Assembly: GCA_963721805.1 (NCBI GenBank)
Contig: CAVRJY010000001.1
Span: 608,001 to 672,000, forward strand
Direction of reading: 5' to 3'
DNA length: 64,000 bases
Origin: Nitrospirota bacterium
GTDB lineage: Bacteria; Nitrospirota; Thermodesulfovibrionia; Thermodesulfovibrionales; JdFR-86
Shown: positions 12,861 through 20,764 of the stretch, one piece after another
Position numbering within the stretch: position 1 is the first letter of the stretch
How the letters are laid out: the number at the start of each line of letters is the position of its first letter
Made by a program: the position numbers and the translations under genes
Notes under the pieces: model-generated
Databases searched by the model: none
Told to the model about the DNA's origin: nothing
Seen by the model: only the letters and a program-made list of their open reading frames with translations

Positions 12861-13034
12861 TTCCTCAGGTCGTCAAGTGAGTCCATGAACTCATTGAACT
12901 CCAAGGTCGCCGCTATGGCCATGCTACTCAAGACTGGCTTTAGGCGACGTATACAAAATTAGCTACAATCGGCTTCGTTCTGGACTCGTTCTGGAGCCGC
13001 CCGCAAACCCAATACCGGTGCGCCCCAGGTCGTG

Positions 13035-13100
13035 TCGAATCCCACCTCCTCCGTATCCTCAAATCCTTGCCCGGCAAGGTTTTGCGCTTAAAAACACCCC
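13035..13100 (+). repeat. Right att-like direct repeat (tRNA-Ser 3' fragment plus ~45 nt)
   Basis: TCGAATCCCACCTCCTCCGTATCCTCAAATCCTTGCCCGGCAAGGTTTTGCGC matches the sequence from 3959. Confidence 0.85.
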
Positions 13101-13241
13101 TCAAATGCCGATATGGTTTCGATCCGGGATGTCCCGGGCGGCGATGAGAGAAGCCTTCCCCTTCAGCTGCAAAGCCGGAATTGGTGCCTGCGCTATTCGG
13201 ATGCGGTAACGTTAGCTAACCGTCAGGACATTGAGAGTGGC

Positions 13242-13276
13242 TTGACAATTATATGCAAGTATGCGTAAATTTGAAT
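13242..13276 (+). promoter_or_regulatory. Sigma70 promoter with overlapping ArsR-type operator
   Basis: TTGACA at 13242, and an imperfect palindrome ATGC-N8-GAAT (13261-13276) over the -10 region, just upstream of arsR. Confidence 0.5.
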
Positions 13277-13298
13277 ATAAGCGTCAAGGGAGGAAACC

Positions 13299-13679
13299 AT
13301 GTCAGAAGCTTTAGCCTGCCCGGCGGGTTTCAAGGAGGATGCGGATTTCAGCCGCAAGGTGGATATCCTCAAGGCGATTGCCCACCCGGTGCGGATCATG
13401 ATACTAGATGAACTGGCCAAGGGAGTGAAGTGCGTAAGCGACTTTGCGGACTTTCTTGAAATCAAGCAGCCGAACATCTCACAGCACCTCACCGTGCTGC
13501 GCAACTGCGGGATTATCGACCACTACATGGACGGCAGGCTCAGGTGCTATTTCCTCAGGGAACCGCTCATCCCGGACATGCTGAACCTCATGCACACGAA
13601 GTATGAGAGTCTGCTTCCCGCCCCGGCGTGCTGTCCGGTTACCAAAAAAGGCAAGTACCCTGGAGACAGGAAGAACTGA
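13299..13679 (+). CDS. ArsR/SmtB family transcriptional repressor, Cys-rich
   Basis: LKAIAHPVRIMIL...QPNISQHLTVLR winged HTH, with several Cys including a C-terminal CC. Confidence 0.9.
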   Translation: MSEALACPAGFKEDADFSRKVDILKAIAHPVRIMILDELAKGVKCVSDFADFLEIKQPNISQHLTVLRNCGIIDHYMDGRLRCYFLREPLIPDMLNLMHTKYESLLPAPACCPVTKKGKYPGDRKN

Positions 13680-13731
13680 CAACGAAAGGAGGACTCATGA
13701 CAATGACCGCAGCGAACAGGAGGTGGGCGGC

Positions 13732-14076
13732 ATGAGCCGTGAACTGGTTTTGTTCCTGTCCACGACGCCGTATAGCTACGAGAACACGCATACGATCATC
13801 AGGCTCGCGAACGCGGCGCTCTCAAAGGGGCGCAAGGTGCGTCTCGTGGCCTCAGGTGACGGTGTGTTTTCACTGGTAAAAGGGCAGGTCCCGCAGTCGC
13901 AGGCCGCGCTCGTCGATCTCGTCGGGCGGGGCATGAAGGTGGACATATGAACGGGCTGCCTGAACAGCCGCGGTCTTGCGGCTGAGGATTCGATAGAGGG
14001 CGGGGAGCTTAGTTCTTTAGCGAGGCTCTTCGATACCATCAAGAGCGAACCCATATTCCTGAATCTCGGCGCATGA
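13732..14076 (+). CDS. DsrE/TusD-family sulfurtransferase, probable selenoprotein (Sec at codon 73)
   Basis: SD AGGAGGT then MSRELVLFLSTTPY...GDGV...GMKVDI-TGA(13948)-TGCLNSRG...NLGA. The frame continues 41 codons past the UGA and ends 10 nt before the dsrF-like gene. Confidence 0.8.
13948..13990 (+). promoter_or_regulatory. Bacterial SECIS-like hairpin
   Basis: 7-bp stem CAGCCGC/GCGGCTG (13965-13984) with apical loop GGTCTT starting 21 nt after the UGA. Confidence 0.7.
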
Positions 14077-14086
14077 GGGGGCGAAC

Positions 14087-14437
14087 ATGAAGGTCAGCTT
14101 TATTCTCAGGCGGCCGCCATATGGCACCGCCGATGCGGCCGAGGCCGTGAGGCATGCCCTTGGCGGGCTAACGAACGATGTCGATGTCACGCTTATCCTG
14201 CTCGACGGCGGCGCGTTCGCGGCGATCAAGGCGCAGGATGTCGCGGGCACCCCCTATCAGTCGCTCTCGGAGGGGATAGCCGACTGCATAGACATGGGCG
14301 CGGAGGTCGTCGTCGATGAGGCGTCGCTTGCCGAATGCTGCATGGGCATCGAAGACCTCGTGCCCGGCGTAAAGACGACGGACAGCGCCGGTGTGGCGCG
14401 CATAGTCGGCGAGTCCGGCTTAACGATGATATTTTAA
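14087..14437 (+). CDS. DsrF/TusC-family protein
   Basis: FILRRPPYGT...EAVR...LLDGG motif and position between the dsrE-like and dsrH-like genes. Confidence 0.75.
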   Translation: MKVSFILRRPPYGTADAAEAVRHALGGLTNDVDVTLILLDGGAFAAIKAQDVAGTPYQSLSEGIADCIDMGAEVVVDEASLAECCMGIEDLVPGVKTTDSAGVARIVGESGLTMIF

Positions 14438-14452
14438 AAAAAGGGAGACCTC

Positions 14453-14728
14453 ATGCTGATACTGGTCAAATCCTCACCCGAGACGGCCGAGGCGCGCCGG
14501 GCCTTGCAGATCGCCTCCGAGGCGAAGGCCGAGGTGGTTTTTCTCCAGGCTGCCGTCTATCACGCGGTCAAGGACCGGTTAAAAGGCATCAAACTGGCAA
14601 AGGCATACGCCATTGACGAGGACATGAGGATGCGGGGGATCGATAAATGCCAGTCCGTCGAGGCGATAAGCTACGGCGCGCTCGTCGAGCTGATGGACGC
14701 CCATGAAAACATAACCGGGCTTTATTGA
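14453..14728 (+). CDS. DsrH/TusB-family protein
   Basis: MLILVKSSP...FLQAAVY...EDMRMRG...ISYGALVELM pattern. Confidence 0.75.
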   Translation: MLILVKSSPETAEARRALQIASEAKAEVVFLQAAVYHAVKDRLKGIKLAKAYAIDEDMRMRGIDKCQSVEAISYGALVELMDAHENITGLY

Positions 14729-14750
14729 TAAGTAACGGGAGGTATCCCCC

Positions 14751-15934
14751 ATGCCAAGGATAGCGATCATAGGCGGCTCGTTTGGCGGGTTGACCGCGGC
14801 GTTCGAGTTAAAGAGGCTTCTCGGCAGGAAGGCCGAGATCACGGTCATATCCGACTCAGACCGTTTCATCTTCATCCCCTCGCTTCCGTGGGTCGCGATG
14901 GGGTGGAGGAAGGCCGGCGACATTACGCTGCCCCTCAAGGGCATCCTCGAATCCAGGGGGATCGCCTTCATGCACACCGAGGCGAAGGGCATAGACGCTG
15001 ACGCCTCAAAGGTATTGACCACGTCAGGCGAGGTGCCATATGACTACCTCGTGATCTCGACCGGCCCTGAGCTCGCCTTCAGTGAGATACCCGGGTTCGT
15101 CCCCGGCAGCGGCAGCACGGAGTGCATCTTCACCCTCGGGCAGGCGGAGCACGCGCATAAGGCCTGGGAGCGCTTCCTGGAATCCCCCGGCCCAGTTGTA
15201 GTGGGGTCGGTGCAGGGGGTCAGTTGCTTTGGCCCGGCATATGAGTATGCATTTGAGATAGACGCCGAACTCAGAAGGCGCGGCATCAGGCATAAGGTCC
15301 CGATTCAGTTCGTCACGAGCGAGCCGTATATCGGGCATTTCGGCATCGGAGGGTTCGGGTCTCGCGCAGATGGCTTGAGGACGAGTTTGCGCAGAGGGAC
15401 ATCAAGACGCTAGCAAACCAGGCGGTCGAGGAGTTCGCCCCGGAAGAGGTGCGGCTCAAAGACGGCACGAAAATACCCTCCAGGCTTACGATGTTCGCCC
15501 CGGCGATGAAGGGCGTGCCCGCTGTCGCCCACCTAGGCAATCCGAGGGGCTTTATCCCTGTCGATGAGAACCTGAGGCACAAGAAGTTCAAAAATATATT
15601 CACAATCGGCGTCGCGGTCGCCATCGCCCCGCCGGAACCGACGCCAGTGCCCACCGGAGTGCCTAAGACCGGATACATGGCCGTGCGTATGGCAAAGACC
15701 GTGGCTGCCGCGATAACGTCGGATGTAATGGGGCAGGCCGCGGGCGCCTATGAGATGGACGTGGTATGCATCATGGACATGGGCAACACGGCCGCGTACA
15801 TGAGCGCAAGGCCGCTGCTGCCTCCGAGGCAGGAGATCACGCTAAGGAAGGCCATATGGGCTAAGTGGATGAAGGTTTGGTACGAGCGCTACTTCCTCTT
15901 CAAGATAAAGCACGGCATTTCCAATCTGCCGTGA
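14751..15934 (+). pseudogene. sqr: Sulfide:quinone oxidoreductase with a single-base frameshift at ~15357-15361 (possibly an assembly error)
   Basis: GGSFGG FAD motif, SCFGPAYE, PKTGYM and VCIMDMG. Two ORFs join if one base is added (GFG-x-SRRWLEDEF). Confidence 0.8.
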
Positions 15935-16450
15935 CCAATGCAATACAAGCGGCAGCTCATATTGCGAAGGCATGCCAGCCATAGATGATATTATATCAAG
16001 ACGGCCTAAGGTGAATTAATGTTGCGAGAGGTATCTACTTAGCGCAAGGCTGTACAGTAATCCTCGCTTCACCGTCTATCATCTTGGGAGTTAGCCCCCG
16101 CCTTCTCTCAGCCATATGCCTTGGCACTCCCGCCGGTGACAAAGGCTATGACCCGGAGCCTTTTTTCATGTCGTCCCTCTTGATGAGCACTATTTTCCAG
16201 CGCCTATCCACGGTGTCCTTTGCAGCCCGGTTCCTGCGAACCAGCCCAGCGCAAGGTACCACCTTACTAACTAAAGTTAACCGGAAGTTAATAGAAAACG
16301 CACGGGGATCAATTTTTCTTATAAACTTCGGTTTATATATAAACCATGGTATATCGCTTTTTCAGATATCGTTATGCTTCAATACCATATGAGGCTGATA
16401 TGCTCATTTTAAGGACGCGGGAAACGGGGCTGAAGCCGGTGGGCGGCGCG

Positions 16451-16575
16451 GAAACCGTTTCTGAACGCATGAACACGGGCGGGTTCGAAAAAACGATGAA
16501 ATCCGGTGGGTTGGACTGTTTTTTCTCCGTTCACTTGAACACTATAAAAAAACGCGCGCGCACACGCGCGCGTTA
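16451..16575 (+). repeat. Partial copy of a non-coding module also found at 56525-56663 and 61388-61530
   Basis: Shared CGTTTCTGAACGC...TTCAyTTGAAC...AAAAAA-CGCGCG blocks. Confidence 0.7.
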
Positions 16576-16596
16576 TACTGACTAGGCGATAACCAT

Positions 16597-17970
16597 ATGA
16601 AGATCCATTTCTCGGGCATAGGCGGAAGCGGGGTGTCGGCCATAGCCGGATTCATGGCCGAGGCCGGCCACAGCATAAGCGGCTCGGACCGCGCGTTTGA
16701 CGCCAATCCCGCCCACCCGGCCAGGCAGGCCCTGATCACACTCGGTGCGGCCATGTATCCACAGGACGGAAGCGGCGTGGCCGGGGACCTGGACCTGCTC
16801 GTCACGAGCACCGCTGTCGAGCCGGATAACCCCGAACTCGTGAGGGCCCATGCCCTGGGCATCCGCGTTGTGACGCGCCCGGAACAGCTCGCCGAACTCG
16901 TCTCGGCACATCGCACCATAGCTGTTGCAGGCACCAGCGGGAAGTCCACGGTCTCCGGCATGCTCGCATACGCGATGCGAGAGTTGGGGCTCAAGCCGAA
17001 CTTCATCGGCGGGGGGAGGGTGCTACAGTTTCAGGACGGCTCGCACGCCGGGAACTTCATCACCGGCAAGTCTGACACGCTCGTGATCGAGGCCTGCGAG
17101 TCCGACGGGAGCATCGTGCACTACGCGCCGGAGCACACGATAGTCCTGAACCTCGACCTCGACCACCATTCCATAGACGAGACCGCGGCTATGTTTTCGA
17201 CCCTGCTTGCAAGGACGCGCGGGCTGAAGGTCATCAATGCGGACGACGCCCGGCTGGCCGCTATAGCGCCCGCCGATGCGGTCGGATTCTCGATAGACGC
17301 GGCGTCGCGTTATCAGGCCCGCGACCTCGTGCTCAGGCCGTTCGGCTCGGAGTTTACGGTCAACGGCCAGCGTTGCCGGCTCTCGTCCCCTGGGCGGTAT
17401 AACGTGCAAAACGCGCTTCCGGTGATCGCGCTGCTCTCGGAGCTGGGCCTCGATGCCAAGGCCATCGCTGCCTCATGCGAGAGTTTTCTGGGGATCGGCC
17501 GCCGGTTCGAGCGCCACCTCGACGAAGGCCGATACCTCGTGATCGACGACTACGCGCACAACCCGCACAAGATCTCGGCCCTGATGGCCGCGGCCCGCGG
17601 GGTGCGCGAGAGCATTTGCTATATATTCCAGCCCCACGGCTTCGCGCCCACGCGCCTGATGAAGGAGGGCTACATCGAGGAGTTCGCAAGCGGGCTCAGG
17701 CCCGCCGACCACCTCGTGCTCCTGCCGATCTTCTACGCCGGGGGCACCGTGGCGCGCGACATATCGAGCGATGCGCTGGCGGAGGGAATCAAGGCCCGAG
17801 GCGGATCGGTCGAGGTCATACAGTCGCGCGATGAGCTGATTGGGCGAGTTGGCCATGCTGGCAAGTGGGACGGGTATATAGTGATGGGCGCCAGAGACGA
17901 GACGCTCTCGCTGCTTGCCGCGCGGATAGCCCAAGAGCTTAAAAGCAGAACTCCTGCTGTGCGGCGCTGA
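16597..17970 (+). CDS. Mur ligase (MurC/Mpl-like)
   Basis: HFSGIGGSGVS, AGTSGKST, EACESDG, DDYAHNP and FQPH motifs. Confidence 0.85.
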   Translation: MKIHFSGIGGSGVSAIAGFMAEAGHSISGSDRAFDANPAHPARQALITLGAAMYPQDGSGVAGDLDLLVTSTAVEPDNPELVRAHALGIRVVTRPEQLAELVSAHRTIAVAGTSGKSTVSGMLAYAMRELGLKPNFIGGGRVLQFQDGSHAGNFITGKSDTLVIEACESDGSIVHYAPEHTIVLNLDLDHHSIDETAAMFSTLLARTRGLKVINADDARLAAIAPADAVGFSIDAASRYQARDLVLRPFGSEFTVNGQRCRLSSPGRYNVQNALPVIALLSELGLDAKAIAASCESFLGIGRRFERHLDEGRYLVIDDYAHNPHKISALMAAARGVRESICYIFQPHGFAPTRLMKEGYIEEFASGLRPADHLVLLPIFYAGGTVARDISSDALAEGIKARGGSVEVIQSRDELIGRVGHAGKWDGYIVMGARDETLSLLAARIAQELKSRTPAVRR

Positions 17971-18588
17971 GCTTCTTAAGCGCGGCCCCGAACCTCCGTC
18001 CTGCATCGTCCATGACCGCTTTTTGAAGCCACCTCTGCTGCCCGAGCCTGCGGTAGACCGCCTCGCTCTTGCCGGGGTAGTTCATCCTGTCGACGAGCAC
18101 CGAGTCGACCGTCCCGGCGAGCATCCCGGCCAGCGCCTCCGGGTCCATCGGGAGGATCGGGCCGACGAAGGCGTACGTGCGGACCCCGGCCTCGTGCAGC
18201 CGCCTCAGGGCTTTTACGCGGGACCTGATAGCAGGCGCCTTGGGTTCGAACGCGGCCCTGATGCGGTCGTCATCCGTAGTGACCGTCATCCCGACCTCGA
18301 CCAGCCCCGGCGCGGCATTTATGAACAGGTCCATGTCCCTGAGCACGAGCGGGGACTTCGTGAGGATGTCCACCCCGACGCCGTGTGCTAGAAGGATCTC
18401 GATGCACTGCCGCGTCAGCCGCCACTTGTGCTCTGCGGGCTGGTAGCAGTCGGTCACGGACGAGAGCATAACACGGCCCGGTTTAGTCTTTCTAAGCGCG
18501 CGCTCGAGGAGTTCCGGGGCGTTTTCCTTGGCGTCGACGAACGTGCCCCATGGCTCCTCGTGGCCGCTGTAGCGGGCCATGAACGCGG

Positions 18589-19683
18589 CGCGGATTGTAA
18601 TGTGAAGTGCAACACCTGTGAAAGAAAAAGCCCATCGTCATCCTGTTCTGTTAGAGTCAAGTACCAACCAGACGAAACAGAGAGGGAGGGACGATGGGCT
18701 ACAGTCATTTTAGCATTGATGAGCGGGAGGGCATCGCAAGGATGCGTTATGCGGGGGTGAGCATACGTGAGATCGGGCGCCAGCTTGGCCGCTCGCCATC
18801 GAGCGTGAGCCGGGAGCTGCGGCGCAACACGAAGAAGTCTTTCTATGGCGCGCACGCCGCAACCGTGCTCTATGTCCGCCGAAGGCATTTTGCGAGCAGA
18901 CGCCTGAAGCGCTGGCCGGACGGCCTGATCGGCTATGCGATGGCGGGACTTTGCAGGCGTTGGTCGCCGGAGCAGGTGTCGGGCCGCCTTAAGCTTGACC
19001 ATCCACATAGCACAGAGATGCGGATATCCTTTGCCACGCTATACAGATGGATACGGCAGGACAGGGCGATGGGGGGCTCGATGCATCGCATGCTGAGGCG
19101 TAAGGGAAGGAGCTACAGAAAAGCCCGGGGGCCTGAGACCAGGGGCCGGTTCAATGGGGCGTTGAGCATCAGGCAGCGCCCCGAGATCGTGGTCCGGAAG
19201 GGACGCTTCGGGGATTGGGAGGCGGATACCGTCTACGGGTTCGACGGGAAAACGTGCATCGCAACGTTTAACGAGCGCAAGAGCCTCTACCTTATATCGA
19301 GGAAGATGCCGAGGCCCGGCTCGGAGGCGTTGAGGGAGGCCGCCGTATCGGCGCTGGGAGGCCTGCGGCAGGGCATGCGTATGACCATGACCGTGGACAG
19401 GGGCAGCGAGTTTGCATGCTACAGGGACTTAAAATACATGATGGGGATCGACGTATACTTCGCCAACCCCTATTGCTCATGGCAGCGCGGCCAGAACGAA
19501 AACCTCAACGGGCTGCTGCGGCAGTACTTTCCGAAGGGGATCGACTTCAACACAGTAACGCAGGAGCAGCTGGATCGCGTCGTTGATGAGATTAACAACA
19601 GACCAAGAAAAACGCTGGACTACAGGGCACCCGCCGAGGTTGCGGCAAATGCGCGCCTGTTGCACTTGGCTTGACAATCCACT
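18589..19683 (+). mobile_element. IS30-family insertion sequence, copy 1 (1095 bp, 2-bp TSD GG)
   Basis: Imperfect TIRs CGCGGATTGTAATGTGAAGTGCAACA / TGTTGCACTTGGCTTGACAATCCACT. Confidence 0.92.
18694..19674 (+). CDS. IS30-family transposase
   Basis: HTH SRELRRN, WSPEQ, GDWEADT, DRGSEF and ENLNGLLRQYFPKG motifs. Confidence 0.95.
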   Translation: MGYSHFSIDEREGIARMRYAGVSIREIGRQLGRSPSSVSRELRRNTKKSFYGAHAATVLYVRRRHFASRRLKRWPDGLIGYAMAGLCRRWSPEQVSGRLKLDHPHSTEMRISFATLYRWIRQDRAMGGSMHRMLRRKGRSYRKARGPETRGRFNGALSIRQRPEIVVRKGRFGDWEADTVYGFDGKTCIATFNERKSLYLISRKMPRPGSEALREAAVSALGGLRQGMRMTMTVDRGSEFACYRDLKYMMGIDVYFANPYCSWQRGQNENLNGLLRQYFPKGIDFNTVTQEQLDRVVDEINNRPRKTLDYRAPAEVAANARLLHLA

Positions 19684-19849
19684 GGCGTAGCAGTATACGC
19701 AGGCGTGCTCGCACCCGACATAGGGGTTGATGACGTACTGCACACCCGGGATGCCGGACTTGCTCAGTATGCTCTTGGCCCTGCGCGCCGCCGCTTCGAT
19801 CGCCATGTTTATATTTTACCACCCGCTTCGGATGGTGGTATCATATTGG

Positions 19850-20122
19850 ATGAGTACGCAGGTGCTGCCAGAAACGGGGTATTCGACGTTCGTCATCGAG
19901 CCCTGGAACGTGGTGCTGCTCAACGACGAGCACCACACGTTCGACGAGGTGATCGTGCAGCTTGTCAAGGCCACGGGATGCACTACCGATCAGGCCGCGG
20001 AGATCGCCTGGAAGGTGCACACGGCCGGAGAGGCAGTATGCTTTTCGGGCCCGCGCGAGCGGTGTGAGCATGTCGCATCTGTGCTGGAGCAGATCAAGCT
20101 CCGCGTGCGGCTCGAGAAATAG
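19850..20122 (+). CDS. clpS: Clp protease adaptor ClpS
   Basis: WNVVLLNDEHHTFDEV...VHTAGEAV motif. Confidence 0.88.
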   Translation: MSTQVLPETGYSTFVIEPWNVVLLNDEHHTFDEVIVQLVKATGCTTDQAAEIAWKVHTAGEAVCFSGPRERCEHVASVLEQIKLRVRLEK

Positions 20123-20140
20123 CGGGGGCAATCTAACGCT

Positions 20141-20731
20141 ATGAAGAGGGTTCGGCAAATAAGGCATATGGCTGCATTGGTCATGGTGCTCTCGCTCGCC
20201 GGCTGCGCCACGCCCCGCGAGCGGGCGATCTCGCTGAGCTCCGAGGCCGCCTCCGGCTATTGGGGCGAATGGGATGTCGTGCTGAACCTTACGAGCGAGG
20301 CGATAGCTATCGACCCCAAGTTCGCCTGGCCTTATTCCCAGCGCGGCGCGGCATACGACGAACTCGGGATGTACGACGAGGCTATAGCGGACCTCAAGAC
20401 CGCGATAGGCCTCGACCCGGCCTTCGGCCCGGCTTATACGAACCTCGCTATGGCCTATATCCGCTCCGGGCAATTCGAGATGGCGGGCCCGCCGCTTCGG
20501 GAGGCCCAGAGGATAACGCCCGCAGACCCGCTCATGATGGTGACGTCGGCCGAGTATGCCGCCTTGAGCGGAGACGGGGCCGGCGCCTGCCAATGGCTCG
20601 GAAAGGCCGTGCAGCGCGGCTTCACCGACTGGGACCGGCTGGAGTCGGAGGACTGCTTCGACAGCTTCAGGGACTCGGATTGTTACAAGGCAATATACAG
20701 AGACTCGCTGAATTCTCCCGCGAACCAATGA
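20141..20731 (+). CDS. TPR-repeat lipoprotein
   Basis: LAGC lipobox and TPR-like helices (AIADLKTAIGLDP...AYTNLA). Confidence 0.75.
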   Translation: MKRVRQIRHMAALVMVLSLAGCATPRERAISLSSEAASGYWGEWDVVLNLTSEAIAIDPKFAWPYSQRGAAYDELGMYDEAIADLKTAIGLDPAFGPAYTNLAMAYIRSGQFEMAGPPLREAQRITPADPLMMVTSAEYAALSGDGAGACQWLGKAVQRGFTDWDRLESEDCFDSFRDSDCYKAIYRDSLNSPANQ

Positions 20732-20764
20732 ATCGCGCACGCGGAAGGGCCATAGAGACAAGAT

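Larger units (their letters stand above)
3959..13086. mobile_element. Genomic island integrated at the tRNA-Ser 3' end (no integrase retained)
   Basis: The tRNA 3' end plus downstream sequence is repeated at 13035. The interior has lower GC and contains an IS3 remnant. Confidence 0.8.
17939..19806 (-). pseudogene. Radical SAM protein (SPL-like family) interrupted by IS30
   Basis: N-terminal INPYVGCEHACVYCYA (19806-19684) rejoins AFMARYSGHEEPWG...SSVTDCYQP when the IS and one GG duplication are removed. Confidence 0.9.
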
